A stretch of 64,000 bases of DNA from contig NC_064458.1 in the NCBI RefSeq assembly GCF_023343835.1, positions 4,665,829-4,729,828 on the forward strand. The letters run 5' to 3'. Positions 1 to 15,600 of this stretch are shown here, one piece after another. The position numbers and the translations under genes were made by a program. Source of the DNA: Lagopus muta (taxonomy: Eukaryota). Below the pieces are notes generated by a model, which made no database searches, was not told the origin of the DNA, and saw only the letters and a program-made list of their open reading frames with translations. Positions within the stretch are counted from its first letter, which is position 1. Every line of letters starts with the position of its first letter.

Positions 1-473
1 TAGATGGTACAGATATGTACATATTGAGGAGAAGACTAAAAGGTAAGGATATGTAGATATAGAGGGGTGCTGGTAGCCAGCCTGGGAGCCTATCTTCACC
101 AAGCTGTCATTCCTGTAGAAGGGACTCTGTTTTGCCTGTGAAGTTGCAGCATTAGACTTAAAACTTCCTGATAGATCTTGCTGAGGATTACACCAGTGTT
201 CTGTTGAATTTTGAGACACTTAATCCCATTTTAGCTTTCTTTTTTTTTTTCTCCTTCTTTTTCCTTGCCAGGAATCTGCAATCACTGAGCACCTGATAAA
301 AATCTGTGAGTAGTTTATCAGTCCCTTGGGCACTGAGGTGTTACACACCTGCCTTCATAGCCAGATGCTACCTCAGCTAGGGTGTAATCCTTTCTCTGGC
401 TCACATGCTTGTGCTGACAGGTTTGCTGTGTGCTAGGCATCCTCAGTGTACTCTGGTCTCTTTTCCTTCCAGG

Positions 474-646
474 ATGGCACACTCTCTGAATGAATGGCTA
501 TGGCAGCACGAGTTCTGGCTCCCCCCAGGAATTACATGGGAGGACATGAAGGAGTCTGAAGACATCCACTACCCTAAGCCTCGTGATCTCCTGCTCAGCA
601 TCCCTTTTGCCTTAATCCTGGTTGTCATTCGATGTGTCTTTGAAAG
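474..646 (+). CDS. CERS4: CERS4-like coding exon 1 (ATG at 474; donor gtaagt at 647)
   Basis: [18 protein letters not shown]... is the CerS N-terminus. It follows the acceptor ttttccttccag at 472. Confidence 0.85.
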
Positions 647-3600
647 GTAAGTTCTTTAGTGATGTTTGGGGTGTTTTGGGGATAACAGCATCATTGCAGG
701 TCCAAAACATGGCTCTGTTGTCTGGACCAGTGCACGATTGAAGAGAACCACAGAAACATCAGATCATAAATTCTGCTGAGCCAGATATTTCAGGTCTTAC
801 TTTGCAGCTGTATTTATTTACTGAAGAAGCATGTTGAATATAGAGCATTTACCCTTAAGGTCTAATTATAAGCAGTGTAACTTCCTACACTTGAAACAGG
901 TAATCCCTAGTATTAGTTTGTGCTTGTGCTTCAGAATGCAGACGTACTGTTTCTGTTGTACATTGCTGGCTATTTCTGGGTCAAGTGAAGTGGAATTAGT
1001 GTTTAGACTTCCTAAATACAGCTAAGTGCCCTCTATCTCAGAAAGTGGGGATCTGGGATATCTCACCGGACAGGGGAGCCTAAATAACATGCATTAACAT
1101 AAGCTTGTGCCCTCAGAACCAGCACTGCATAGTCACATGAACATATGCATTTCAGTCACCACAGTTCAGGATTCAGGAGTGTAATTTCCTTCGGAGCACC
1201 ATGCAGGGAGAATTGTGGCTGCTTTCTCCAGGTCAGGGCCTGCTGGAGCCACTTACAGTGCTGGGCTGCCAGAATCTCTCCTCCTCTTCCCCTGCTTTGT
1301 GGCTGCTTTTTGCAGTCTTCCAGTAACAACACAAGAGTTGCTGTGGTTTTAGAATCTTTTTGGCCGGAGCCATTTGGAAATTTTACTCTTCAGTGAAGAA
1401 AATTTGGGAATTATGGCAGAGGCACAGCTTGAAATCTCCCAGTGTTTGCCGGGTGGGTTTCATGAAGGTCCTCAACTGGTGCTGTTGATATAGGCAGTTT
1501 AGCTATTGTTTACTGTTGGTGTGATGTAATTTGTATGCAGATCAACTGAAAGTTACCATAGTGTCATCAACTGTCAGGGCTGCAGAGTAAATCCGCTTTC
1601 ATGATTTTGAAAATTACTTAATATAGTCTTTGCTAGACTGAAGAATTCCTATTCCTACCTGCTGTCTGAAGAGGCGTTCCTTTAAGGGACGATGGCTGCT
1701 CCAAAAATGTTGGCCCACAAGATGAGGAAAGGATGGTGGTGGGATGGCAATAGAGGTTGAACCTCCCCACCATCATCCCATTACCGTGTGACAGATAGCA
1801 GGACAAGGGCAGTCTGACAGAATGGTGTCTGACATGGAAGTGGATGAAGCAGGGGGGGTGAATTGAATTCCTCCATGAGGAAAAAATGATACACACTGAT
1901 GTTCATCAACATTTATGGAGACCAAACAGTGGATGTGAGCACAATGAGGGACAGGTGGTGCATTTCAGCAGTGGAGGCATTGAGGTGGGTCACCTCTGCT
2001 GTTGAAGATTTGTGTGAGTGCAACTTGCAGATATTGTTGGCAAAAAGGCACAGCTAATGGTGGTGACTGTGTTGAGAAACAGTGTTATGTAGCTGAGAAC
2101 TTGCTCTATCAAATAGAGCTATTGTGCTGTCTGTAACTGTTGTAGTATCCATGGAAATAAATGGGAGGCATTACTTTTGGAGCAACCTACATAGTTTAGT
2201 CAAAGATGGTGGTGGTGGTTTTTAGGAAAAAAGTAAAAAAATTAAAATTAAAAATCAAAAAAGAGTCTGCACAAGAAAATGGAAATAGACCTCCCTGTAG
2301 GCTAGTAACAGATTTCTTCTATGGATTTTCTGTGACACGAGGACATAATGGAAAAGTTCTTTGAAGTAGATTCTAAACTCTGTTGTGAGAATGTTTTTAT
2401 GTAAAAGTACTGGCATTCAAGTAGAGTGTTATTAAAACCAAATGCATGAATGATTATTTAAAGAATCTTTTTATGATGATACTTGGAATTGTTTGTAAAG
2501 AATATGTTTAGGGTGCATTCCATAAATTCTGTTGTTTTTATCCTCCACTTACTTGAGGACATAGGTGTCTCACTTACCTCCACTCATGTTTGAACCAAGC
2601 TGCAACCATTAAAAGAGAAGTCAGTCACATTTCTTCCTTGCTGACCTGTAGTCTTCTTTAGGTAGGTGATGTCAGTTGGCCACTTAGACATGCTTGGAGA
2701 GTGAAGCTAGACATCAACCTCCATGTTCTGCATTGACCAGAATTGCCCCGTTCTGGGCTCATGAAGACAGAGGAGCCAGACTCTGCTCAGTGATGCCTAG
2801 TGGCAGGACAAGAAGAGGCACTGAACACAAACTAAAACACATGATATCCCATCTGAATATAAGAAAACACTTTTTTACTGCAAGGGTGGTCAGATATTGG
2901 GACAGGTCACACAGGAAGGGAACACTCTTCTTCTGTGGAGAAAATCAAAGCCCCGCTGCACGCTCAGCAGCCTGCTCTCACCACCTCAGCCTGAGCTGCA
3001 GAGCTGGACTGTGTGGTATCCTGAGGCCCCTTCCAGCTCTAACAGTTCAGTGCTTTTGTGACTTTGTATTCCTCTTCCTCCTGCCACATAGGTCCTAGTC
3101 TGCCTGAATATCTTTTGTCTCCTTTAAGATACCTCTGACCAGATAAAAAGATTTTTTTTCTTTCCTATCCAAACACTGCGTCAGCTGGGAGGGTTTCCAT
3201 GGGCCTAGGCCTGCTCATGCATTTTAAAGCTGTTTTAATTCACAAACTTCATTAAATAAAAGCTTCTTGCCACACCCTTTAAAAGATAATATCTCAAGCC
3301 CATTTTACAAGTCCAGGAAACCTGTAATCATGCCACTATCTTACCTATGCAAATTACAAGCTGATGTTCTGAGCCATATTCTTATTTGTCCTAACTCTCT
3401 ACAGGCATTTATTTCAGCAGGAAATTTTCACACTCTTAAATCATTACTGTTTCACAGTCAATTCATCCTGGAAAAGAAAGCCTCCTTTAGTGTGAATCAA
3501 GCCCACTGTCTCTCAGTTACATTGCACAGGTGGGCTAGGATGGTTTAAACTCATTGGCAGAGTTTGGAGAAAAGCAGGCTGAAAGGATGTGTAGTATTTC

Positions 3601-6600
3601 TCACTTTCCATGCAGATGGCTCTGACTCTGTAGCTTTGCGTGTTTGTGGATCAAAATGTGATTTTGGAGAACGTAAATAAGCTACAAGATTGGTTTAAAT
3701 GGCTTTCCCTTGGCCTCTGTCAATTTATGCTACCCTTATGACTTGTAACTGTGCATCCGGTGTAAAGCATTTCTTTTGTTTGAGTATGCTCTCTGTTTCT
3801 GGTGGTTCCTGCTCTGGATTTCAGAAATGCTCTGTCAGAATTCCAAGAAAATTCTCAAGAGGCAAGAGAAGCCCAGAGGAGGTTCTGTGAGCCGTATTTC
3901 AGCAGCTGCATTGGATGCCTTGCTTGGCATTTCTTAATGGTACCATCTTATGGTTTTGGAGTTCATACCTTGGGAGTTTTTCTACCTGCTGCTACCTGGA
4001 GTGTTTTTTCTTTTCCTTTCCTTGGCATGTATGGGCTGAACTTGGACAAACTGTGACAAAAACATCCACCAACCAGTTGTTGAGTGGATTAGGTGGCGGC
4101 TGTGGGAAGTGGAGGAGCTGGGTGGGGCCTGGGAGAGCTGAGGACACTGTGAGTGCAACCCTGGAGGAAAAAACACTTTGTGAAGCAACTCCTCTCTGAG
4201 CTGCTGTGATCTGGGTAAGGTGGGAAAATAGGGGGTGTTCAGGGCTGGTGAGCAGCATACAGTGCTGTTTGTCTCCATGTGCCACAATACTGAGGCAGGT
4301 CAGAGAACCACAGAGTCATTGAGGTTGGGCAGACCAATAAGATCATCCTGTCCAACCAGCAACCCCCGCCGGTGACACTCGGCCATGGCACTCACTGCCA
4401 CATCTCCATGTTTCTTGAAGACTTCCAGGATGGTGTCTCCGCTGCCTTCCTGGGCAGCCTGTTCCAGTGCCTCACCATTTGTTCTGAGTGTACAAATAAA
4501 TGAAAATTAATTTATTATAAATAAATGCTTCCTGATATCCAAGCTGCACCTCCCCTGGAGCAACTTCAGGCCATTTCCAGCTGCTGGGGGGGGGTAAGTA
4601 GTTCTGTACTGACACAGGAGAGGAGCTAAAACTCGAGAACCTCTCCAGTTCCTCTGATTGTGCTTGTACATATGAAGTGTGTTCTGGACCCATAATTTGG
4701 AGCCAGATTTTAAACATTTGTGTGCCTTAACAGAACTTTTCCCTTGGTGGCATCAAGTGGTACAACAAATGACAAAGTCAAGAAACAGCAACCTGGAAGA
4801 TTCATTTTGGGCTTTAGGAAGAACTTCATTCCTGGGAGGATGGTGCAGGCCTGGGACATGTCACCTGAGACATGGAGAATCTCTGTACTTGGTGTCCTCA
4901 AGACTTAGCTATGGTGCGTTTCCAAGACTTGATGTTGAAACCTCTATTGTCCTGATTAGATGTTAGCAATGGTCTCCCTTTGAGCAGGACATTGGACTGG
5001 AGAAATCCAGAGGTCTCTTTCAGCCAATGCTAGTTTATTGGGCACTGTGACATACTTATACCCATCTTTTTGTGATAATTGGCAGCCCAGCAGGCTCTGC
5101 TTTTTACAGATTTCTGCACAAGCTCAGATCTAGGTAGATGCTTGAGCCTTAGCACAATTCTGTATACTGGTGAATATATCATACATGTGAAAGTAGGATG
5201 CTGAGCTGGCAAGTGTCCTATGTCACTGCCTATTATATTGTCCTTTTCTGTGCTCCTGTCCATGTTTTCGTACAGGACACTGGTGCTCAAAGGTTGATTT
5301 TGAGTCTTTGTATCCAATAGTCAAACTGTAGTGTCCCGACATCACTCATAATTTCCTGTAGTTGCATTTAAAGGCCAGGGTCTTAGATGCATTGTATTTG
5401 TTTCAGGTGTTTTGTATCTCCCTGCAGCTGTAGTTTAGAGCTGTCTCAGTGACTCTTTTCTTAACTATATGGGAAAAACTTGATGATTTTGGAGCTTATG
5501 ACATTAACATTTCCTCAAGACCTTTGTGCTTCCTTTGCACAAAGGGGAAGATGAGTGCCTCTTAGCTAAATTTTGGATGATAAAAGAACTGTTCTAGTGA
5601 TTGGTGAAAAAAGCTTTTAATAGGAGAAAATGATAGAATAAAACACAAACCTTACATTTTACAAAGCGATTCAATATTCTTGGTGATGTGGCAACATCAA
5701 TTTTCAGGCACAAGTACAGACGCTGAAATTCTGAATTGTGAAACAATTTTCTGAAGGAAACTAGGAGCTAAAATAGGCTCAGAATTACACAGAGCTTTCT
5801 TCAGACCCACTGTAGGTGTTACTGATGTGAGAATACTTCAGTCTAAATTTGCTTTTTCTGTCCATTAGTTTCTACTTGGACTGGCAACTTGGGTGTATTG
5901 AGGTGCTACACAAATAACGATCATTAAACAGTACACATCAAAATCAAAGCATTCTGACTGAACAAAACCCCAAGGAGTCTCAGGTTTTTAGTTGTCACCA
6001 ATACAAAAATACAAGACTCAAAAATTATTTTATACTTCAGAAATCTTCATGAAATCATAGAGCCATTGATTCTCATTCAAGTTAACTAAAATCAGCTTAA
6101 ATAAATTATCTATACTATATAAGTGCATACCTGTTTGTGTGTATACAAGTGCACTTCATACGTTTGTATCAGTTTAATTTGGACTGTATAGCATTGGTAA
6201 TAATTCAGCTCTCATTTAAATATAACTCCGTCAACTACATTGATGTCTTTAAAAGTGCTTATCATTGCCTGTTTGCAGAATGTCTTTACTGAGCAGTAGC
6301 AATTTGATCTTCCCAAGAGCAGTGTTCTTTTGTAGAGTGGGAGAAGTGTTGTCATATGTCCAGTGGTTGGGAGACTGTATCCTACAGATTATTAATGCTT
6401 AACCAATTAGCCAACCAAGTTCTATTTAAAATTAGAGAAGTCCTCACAAGTGATTTTCCTGCTCCTTTCACTTCAGGATGCAGTGTAAAATGGTAAGTGA
6501 TGTGCATTATCTCTCAGCTTAACTGGATCCTGGGATTCTGGCATCCTCTGACATTCCTGAAGGCCTGAAGATGTGATGAATTTGGTTATTGCTTTTTTTT

Positions 6601-9600
6601 AAAAAAAGTTTATGAATGTGATGTATTTAGAGGTGTGCAGTACTTAGCTCGGGTCTGCTTTACATTTCCTTCATAGAATCATGGAATCACATGGTCGGAA
6701 ACGACCTACAAGATCACCTAGTCCAACTGTCTCCTCATCACCATTGCCATCACTGGCACTTCAGACTTCTGCTCCAAGCTCCCATTTTATGCTCTAAATT
6801 ACCATTTCCCTCAATTAAAAAAAAATATTTTGATTCCTTTGTGTATCTTTGTGACAGATTCATATGGAGTGAAACTGATGTCATATAAGCTGAAAAGTGA
6901 GTTTAATGAAAGGTTAAATGATGTTTCAAACAGAAAAACCGTAAGACAGATCTCTCAGTTCACATCTTGGCAGATGCTGGTTAAATGTACCTGGGGGAGT
7001 TCAAGCATTCTGAACATTAGTTTGCATTCTGTTGGAAGTGACACGTTCATCTTTGTTGGCTGCAACAGCTTCCTTAGCTGCAGATAAAAGGCTTAGAGAT
7101 TTGCTCTCAAATCTTGTTCTAAATTCATGCTCCATCAACACCAGGCTCCAACAAATGCATCATAGTGAAGTCCAGATCAGTAATTAGGTCAGATGCTGCT
7201 CCCTCACAGTTAAAAATCAGCAGTGATCCCAGTTTTCATTTGAACCATCTCCTACTGGCTGGAAGCTTCTGGTTAGCTTCTAATCCAGCTTTCTGATTTA
7301 TTTCCGATCAACTTGGCTTCATAAGACATCCAACTTCTTTAGCTTTGGCAACCTCACTGTAAGTACACATACAGAAAGAGTATTGATGGATGTGGTTGTA
7401 TTTATGCATGAAGGTTGTGGTGTAAATTTCTGTAGAAACAAAGCCCCTTAGAAACTGCTGAGCCCCTCCCTTAAGATGCAAACCATGCCATTGATTGTAT
7501 TATTACAGCAGGGTTTAATATTTGAGTTAAAACCATACAGAAAACATTGCACCAATTGTTCACTTTGGGAAAAGAATAAAAGAATAAAAGGATAAAGGTC
7601 AAATTTATGCAGTATCTGCTAATAAGTGCTCAGGTACAGTCAAGATGAGCGCAGTGTCACCTTTATATCAGAGTATAAAGCAACAGACCATTGTACAGCC
7701 CAGAGCTCTGGATTTCTACATGAGCTCAAGGGGCACATGGAGATATGGGTGACCCCATCCCCATTGCTGCTGGGTGAACATCCTTTCTCTTCTTAAGTGG
7801 GGAATTTGAATGCTGAGCCTCTTTCGTCATCGGACGGAGAATCCAGCTGATTTAAACACAGTGGGTGTTTGTCACCACTGCTGTTATCAGTGCCTGGAAG
7901 CATGAATTGGGCACGTGAGAAAGAGGAAACTTCTCTTCAAGCTGAAAAGCAGCTTCTGTCTTCCCATGTTCCTGTGATGCTAAATGATTTTGTTCTCCTT
8001 GCTGCAACAAGTTACACTGATGCTAGAAGACCAATAATAATTAATGCAGTTTGTGCAGAATTCAAGGTAAATGCTGCAGCAAAGTGCTGTTTAACTAATG
8101 CTTCATTTAAATGCATATTCACACTCAAAGACGTTCTAGCTCATTCAGGTGCTGCCTATTTTGTTCCAGCTGTAACTGGAACTGTCTATTCACTTTCTGT
8201 GGTCCTGTGCTTTGAGTCGGCTTGATTTTCAAATGCAGAAATCAAAGGAGAACTTTCTTGCATTTTATTGGAGTTCATACAGTCTCGCAGAAAGGCCGTG
8301 GCATCTCCTTGTAAGGAGGTATCAGTAGCTGCTCTGCCAGGAGTGCACTGAACCTTCTAACCTGGCTGTTGGGATTGGTTCATCTCCAAGAAAACCTTCC
8401 ATCAGGATCACAGCTCACCCTTTTTCATTGCACTGAACTACAAGGGTGGTGATTCCTGTGCCAGCTCTCCGTGTAGAGACTGTGTGGATGGTTCCTGTTT
8501 TGACCTCTGTCCACCATCGTTTTCAGGGACTCGTTCCCATGGAATCTATATCCTGTAACATGCGCTTTTTATGCCTGCCGTGTGGTTTAAGGGCTGGGAA
8601 GTGAGTGTTGGTGCCCCCGAGGGCAGGATGTGCCTAAAGAGTTCTGTACAAATTTTTTTGTCGCTCCTGGTCTGCATGAAGCCATGGCTTCATCTCTCCC
8701 TCTCCACGTTCTACTAACTGTTAAGCCAAAATAGTTGTGTTCTTCCTATCATAGTTCATGTGGAAATAGTTTGCTCTGCTTCTTCCTCTGCCAGATTGTC
8801 ATGCAAGTATTGGTTTGTGTATTCCCAGGAAATGTTTGTGCATTTGTGCATCACATTATGTGGGTAAAGAGTCTTTGGGCCCTAATTACAAAGCGTATGT
8901 AGTGAGTACAGGGAATTCTTCTTTCAGTTTAGCAGCTGCTCTGTGCTTGATCTTCCAAAAACGATTCAATACAAGGGGCAATAAAATGGAACGTAGGAAA
9001 TTCCATACAAACATGAGGAAAAAGCTTCTGTACTGTGAGGGTGACAGAGCACTGGAGCAACCTGCACAGAGAGGTGATGGAGTCTCCTTCTCTGGAGATA
9101 TTCAAAGCCCACCTGGACTCAGTGGTCAGCAGGGGTCCCTTCCAACCCCTGCGATTCTGTGATTCTGTAGCAGGAGGTGCTTCAGATAGCAGTGTAGTTT
9201 ATCTTTATCCATAGTGTTTGTGATTCGTGCACTGACACTGTGATATTTTTATACACGGAGACTGATAATTGGAGTATGTTCCTACACACAAACAAGAGTT
9301 TACAGATAACATATCTTGTTACTATAGGCAGAGAACAAATGCTGCGTCCTGAGCAAGTAAGAGCTGTTAAAATAAGCCTTACGAGAGGGAGAAGTTTGTT
9401 CCCTAACACTCTTAACATTTGCCCTAGAACTTCTCTGCCTTTTTGGGCAGCAGCTGCTGACTGCAGTGTGAGAAAACATGCAGCTAAGTTTGTTACTAGC
9501 AATCTCCCTTGACTGAACTCAGGATGAAGTCTTAGGAGACTTGCAGCTCACTGTCATAGCACAGCTCAGCCCAGTAGTGCTGGGTGAGCAGAAAGGCACT

Positions 9601-12600
9601 GAAGATCAGAGGGAAGGGAGACACAGCCTCAAGAAGGTGTCTAGCTTGGGAATCCTGAGAGATTATCTCAGTCAGAAATTGCAGTTATAATGCAAGAATT
9701 ACTGTCTCAGCATGGGACCTGCTCTATTTGAGAGTCAAACTGCATGCAGACGATTTAAGAACAGATCATTAATATGAATGACTACAACTGTTCTCCTTGC
9801 TTCACACAGCCTAATGCTTCCTTCAGGTGCCAAGATCCATAAATCTGCTGATTTCTGTGTGTCTTTGGTAACTACATGGAGCAATGAATTAGTGGCAGCT
9901 TCCAAGAACAGAAGGCACAGTAAACTGCTCCGAGTTTGTGACTTGACATTGACTTTAGCCACTGTATTGCAGGGAGAACTGGAATAGTTAACTTCCTGAG
10001 TCCTTGTAACATTCCTTCTTCTCAAGATGAAGAAGGGATGGGAGGAGGATTTGGCATCTAGTTGGCCTTTGATGAAGGGAGCTTCCCTGCTGATGCACAC
10101 GATAAAGCAAAAAAATACCCCTCTGTCCTCTTGTGCAATAGTGGAAGAAGAACAAGCTTTGCAAGCTCTTTAGCCATTTAGGACAAATTTTATTGGCCTA
10201 AATTTTATATTAAGGCTTAGAACCAACATGTTAATTTACAGAGGATCAAATGCTAGGGAGTAAATGAAGAAATTTTAAACACAGTCTTACTCACAAATGA
10301 AACATATTCTTAACAAGTACGCAAAAACAACAGTGTAACTCTGATTCCTATCCATATATGTATTTATATTACTTAGCTGTCATTGTAAGACTTTACAAAT
10401 TTATTATTTTAATGAAATTAACATACACTTGTTTAGTACAGTAGACAGAATTTACCTGGAAATTCAATCAATATTTGAGCATTTTCCTCCAAATGGAATG
10501 GTATAAACCAGAAAGACTTGGGACAGATGTTCCAGAACACCCTCCTTGAGCCACGATACTCCGCTGGCTGTTACTGTCTTATATCTTCTGAGTCAGAGGA
10601 TAGAACTACACCAAAGTGCCCCACATTCTAGAGAAAGTCTTCACCACGAGCATACCTGTTACCTCCTAATTCATTGATTTACCTTTGTTCAGACTCCCCG
10701 AGTGCAGGGAAGAATGGGAGAAAAATAGCTTTATTTTAGTTTAGCTCCAGTTCCTTCCTCTACCTGCCTGCCTCTGGCATTCCTCAGGTCTATAGGGCTG
10801 GAGGAGGCTGGCTGTTATGCTGTTGAGATAGCTTTCTCTCCATGTAAGCCTGTTAATTCAGAAGTAACTGAGCATATTGCCAATGAAAGGTGAACAACTG
10901 CAGCCCACTGAGTATAACTCTTCTCCCAAGTAAGTAAATTTTGAATAATTTCTATGTCTATAAAAGAGGAAGTGCCTGTTGATGTGAACTGGTGCATTTC
11001 TCATGGGAGCAGAGCAGTAAATCAGGATTATTAATAAGAAAAATCATAAATTTTATCTCACTTTTTCAAATGTAGCTAATGCAGAAATTTCCATGGTGAT
11101 AGCTGTGTGGAAGATGTGGAGGGGTCAAGATGGCAAGAAGTTATTGATGGGAGATAAAAGAGCATTAGAAAATGTCTTAAATCTGGACTGTTTTTAATGG
11201 CTCTTTAAACAGACTCCTGGTTCAGTCAGAATGGTTATGTCTCTTCTTTAGGAGGGTTGTGGCAGTTTATTACTCATGCTTTGTGCGTTATAAGAAAGAA
11301 ATATTGTTCATCTGCAGAGAATATATGAACTCAGAACCAGGAAAAAAGATGGAAGAGAAAACCCTTTTCAAGCAGCTTATTTGAAAATGCGTTTATTTGC
11401 AGTTCATTTTCCACAAAGATTTTTGTTATTAATCAGAAATTGAAACGTACCTGAGAGCATCTTCCTCTTAGGTGCTCTGGGTTGGTTGGTTTTTTTTGGT
11501 GCAGAGGTACAAACTGGTTGTTCTGTACAACATAGCTGTGATGATAGCTTCTGGTAGAATTCTCCTGGAACCATGTAGAAGAGATGTCAAGAGCACAGAG
11601 AGCCAATGCAGTGTATGAGGCTTCAAGGAACTGTGCAATTCCAAGGGTAGAAGTTGCAGCAGTCACTGGCTGTTGGTGCTGGAAGATACTGGCAGAGTTG
11701 TTTGAAATTATCCTGTAGAAATTCTTAACCCTTAGACCCTTAGAAATTCTGTAACATTTGTGGAAAATAAACTCACAATAGCTAAAATATTTTGTTTCAT
11801 ACTAGCTGTGGAAGCCTCTGCAGGTGAGGGATTATGGATTTATGCCCTTCATTATTGATCCATTTAGTTTCAGTGTCAGCAGGTTTTGCACAAGACAGTT
11901 TGCTCATTGGTGATTACTGAATAAAATGCCTTAGTGTGAACTTTCTTTTGTAAACTTTGGAGGAGCTATCTTCACCTCAACCTGACTGAAGAGGAAACAG
12001 GTTTGAGTTGAGTCATGTCACTGACTGTGGCTTGCCTTACGTAGCTATGGAAACTGTCCAATATGGTCTTCAGGCTCTCTTCCATATTTTAGCAAGCTGT
12101 GAAGATTCCATTGATGAGACGATCCCTGGCAATTGATACCATGGACCTGTGATGTTGAAATCAGTACAAGCACCATTCTCTTAGGGCTGTGCTTGGAACA
12201 AGATTAAACTTAGAAGTGAGTCAGAGCACGCATCCAACATGTATAAACATCCCTTTGGAGGAATTTCAGGGCTTGATTTCCCAATAATGTCCATAAAACT
12301 AGGATTGGTCCTATAATTGATGGTTAAATTCAGTACCTCAACAACAAAGTAATTGGAACTTTGGTTACTCACACCCTGTCTTCTTCAGCTGCAACTGGCT
12401 TGTTTTTGTTACAGTGAGATTTTATACTGTGGCCGCGACAAAACATTAAGAAAGAGAAAATAAGCATTAACCAAAATTAAGGATAATTTAAATAGCTTTT
12501 CAAACTTGTTGGCTGCCCTGACACCCAGCAGAAACATTCTCTTTCCCTTTAATCTGTCAGAAAAATTTCAGACCATTCTGTTTCCATGAGGGCCTATAGG

Positions 12601-15600
12601 AAGCTGCAGTAAGGTTCCTCTTAAACAACAGAAACTGATTACATCTTCATTTTCAGAGGAGCTTGAATCAACCTTCTTGGAAAGCTAAAGAGAAGGTAAA
12701 AAACAACAGCTGGCCATTCGGAGCTGGCCATGCAAAGAATGTTTGAAATCAACTGCTACACAAAGAAGCCAAATGTGCAAACCATTTTGTGTTTTATGGT
12801 TTGATGTAATACAAGCTGCAAAATTCTGTATGTAGTTGGGTTCTTCAGAAAATTGCTTCTGATACCTGTTTATTAATTGATGATACAGGTTTTTGAAAAT
12901 TAAACTTCCAGAAGAACCCCCTGATAGGATTTTTGATCTATAATAGTCCCTGAGCACATGAACATTTGGAGTATAGTCTGTGTAGCTAGAAGAGGTAACC
13001 ACAGGCAACCAGCAAATCACATACTGTTTTTAAGTAAAACACTTTTAAAATACCTGCATAGCGAATGTTCCACAGCTTGTTTGCTGCTGTGGAAAAGAAG
13101 AATTCTTGTTTGATATCTGAATCGTTTGGGATAACTTACCAGAGGAGCTGCCTGAACAGAATTAAGTCTGGCCAGGCAGGCAGGCCTGCGTCTCAGTACT
13201 TGCTGCATATTCATCAGCTCACAACCACTGTCAGCACTGATTTACAGTTGATAACTCAGTGACCATTCAAGTAAGCTTTAAGCACTCTGAGCAAAATAAA
13301 AGATCTCCAAAATGCAGAAATAAGGTTTCCCAGACATTTTGCACATTTCATGTTTAGAAACGGGAACATATACCCTTGGTGGAAGAGGATCAGGTCAGGG
13401 AACACTTAGATGCTTCACACCACATTATTACTTTGTGCCAAGGAATAGAAGAAGGTTTGTAGTGCAGAAGTTGAGTTGTTGAGCACAGGAAGTTTTGTCA
13501 TCTCTTGGTACTTTTTCCTTGTTATACAGATGTTTTTCTTTGCATTGTTTCACTTTGAAAGAGTGAAGGTGCACAGGTAGCACAAGTCCTTGTGGTTAAA
13601 TATGACATTGCTGTGCCCTTTATTTTCTCACAGTTTGACTTGCCATAGGAAAAACTGAGGAACATTTTTCCAATGAAGACCAAGCGGTCTCCTGTTTCAT
13701 CAGGAAGTCTTTTTCCATTAATTCTGCATGTCTCAGTCTGTCTTTTGATCCTGAGACAAGTCCTTAGTTCAAGTGAGTGCCCTTGTATGACCACATAAAA
13801 ACTGAACAGCATTTCACAGAATCACAAAATCACAGAATATCAGAAATTGGAAGAGACTTCCAAAGATCATCTAGTCCAATCCCCCTGCCGGAGCAGGAGC
13901 ACCTCGATTAGGCCACATGTCTGTGTGGGATGGGACCAGAGATGTCCTGAATGTCACCCAAATGTTCCCAGTGTTACTCCGATGTCCGTCCTCATGGGAT
14001 GGGCCATGATGTCCCCAGGGTCACCTAGATGACCGCAGTGTCACCCTTGTGTCCTTATGGGGTCCCTTCATCCACAGGGTCACCCAGATGTCCACATGGG
14101 ATGGGACTGAGGGGTCCCCACTATCGCCCAGATGTAAACGTGGGATGGGACACAGATGTCTCTGTAGGACCCCACTGTCACCTAGATTTAGGCCTTACCA
14201 TCAGTGTGGCACTCTGCATAAGCTTCAGGTAAGCCAAAAAGCAACGGCAGGGATCACAGCTGTCTCTGCAAGCACTGACAAAGCAGGACGTAGCATTTCC
14301 AAACTCATTCAATGTTGAACAGAGCTCAGACCTGCAGAATACAAGTCTTGCTGTTTCTGCTGCAAGGTTTTGTACTTGTCTTCCTCACCTGATTGATGTG
14401 ATACTTGTACTGTGACTCGGAATTGTAGGAGGCAACTGTAGGAGGAAACCGTTATGTACACACAATGTTTTACAGTGTTACAGCATTAGAAATCACTGTT
14501 CTGTTCTGGGCTGAACTTTTATCTTTTCTTTTGCAGAGCCATAGCCCTGCCTCTCAGTGCCAAACTTGGTGTGAAGGACAAGTTGAGACCTAAAGCTCAG
14601 CCCATCTCCATTCTGGAAACATTCTACACTGTGAATTGTAGGAACCCTAAAGAGGTGAGTCCTTTTTTCCTTTGCTTTCCTCTAGATTTAGCCCCTGTCT
14701 ATTTGCCTAAATGAAATCACATTTGGAATCTTGCATTTGAACACTCAGCAGACCATAAGGAAACACTGTAGCACTGGCCTCCTGACACCAGTGTACCGCA
14801 AAGATCATCCTGCAGATGCTGTAAGTCATCAGTTCTGCTTCTGAATATGTGGGAATAACAGCTTTCCAGGGACAGCACTCAAAAGAATTGAATCTCAGAC
14901 TTGTTTGGACAGGAGACTTCTCTCCAAACACCTGTTTGCTCTTGTTTGCCTTGTACGTGGCTTTTCTTCGTGTATTAGCAAATTGCTGTCATATCAGCTC
15001 ACTTGAACTGACTTTCCCTTGCAGCTTAGCACATGTGGATTGCATGATTCTTTTAGTTCTAGGAGGCAAATTGTTCTGTTGCTATACAATCCACAGTTTT
15101 TTTGATTGATCTTTCAGGAATCCAATTAAAATCTTGTCTCTCATCAGAGACACAATAAGGACCATCAGAATACGGCAAGCACAAGTAGTAGATAGTTTTC
15201 CCATGAGAGAGAAAAAGGGTGATCTTGGCAGGATAATTTGGAATTATAATGGCTGTGGCTGAGGAAAAAAAGCATTGGCAGAACTGCAGATATTCTGTAT
15301 TGGGATTTAACCTTGTCAGTTAAGTCCCTGGATGTAACTCTGTGTTGTAGGTAAGGGAATTACTGTGGTGAGTTCAAATATCAAATTGATGGCTAGCAAA
15401 AGCTCCCCACACCACTATCTCACTCTCTCTCATCAGAAGAATGAGAGGAGAAAATGAGAGAGAAAAGGACTCAAGGGTTGAGATGAGAACAGGGAGAGCG
15501 CTCACTAATTACAATCACAAGCAAAACAGAGTCAGCATAGAGAGATTAATATAATTCATTGCCTATTAGTAACGGCACAGAGAGCAGAGAGAACCAAAAG

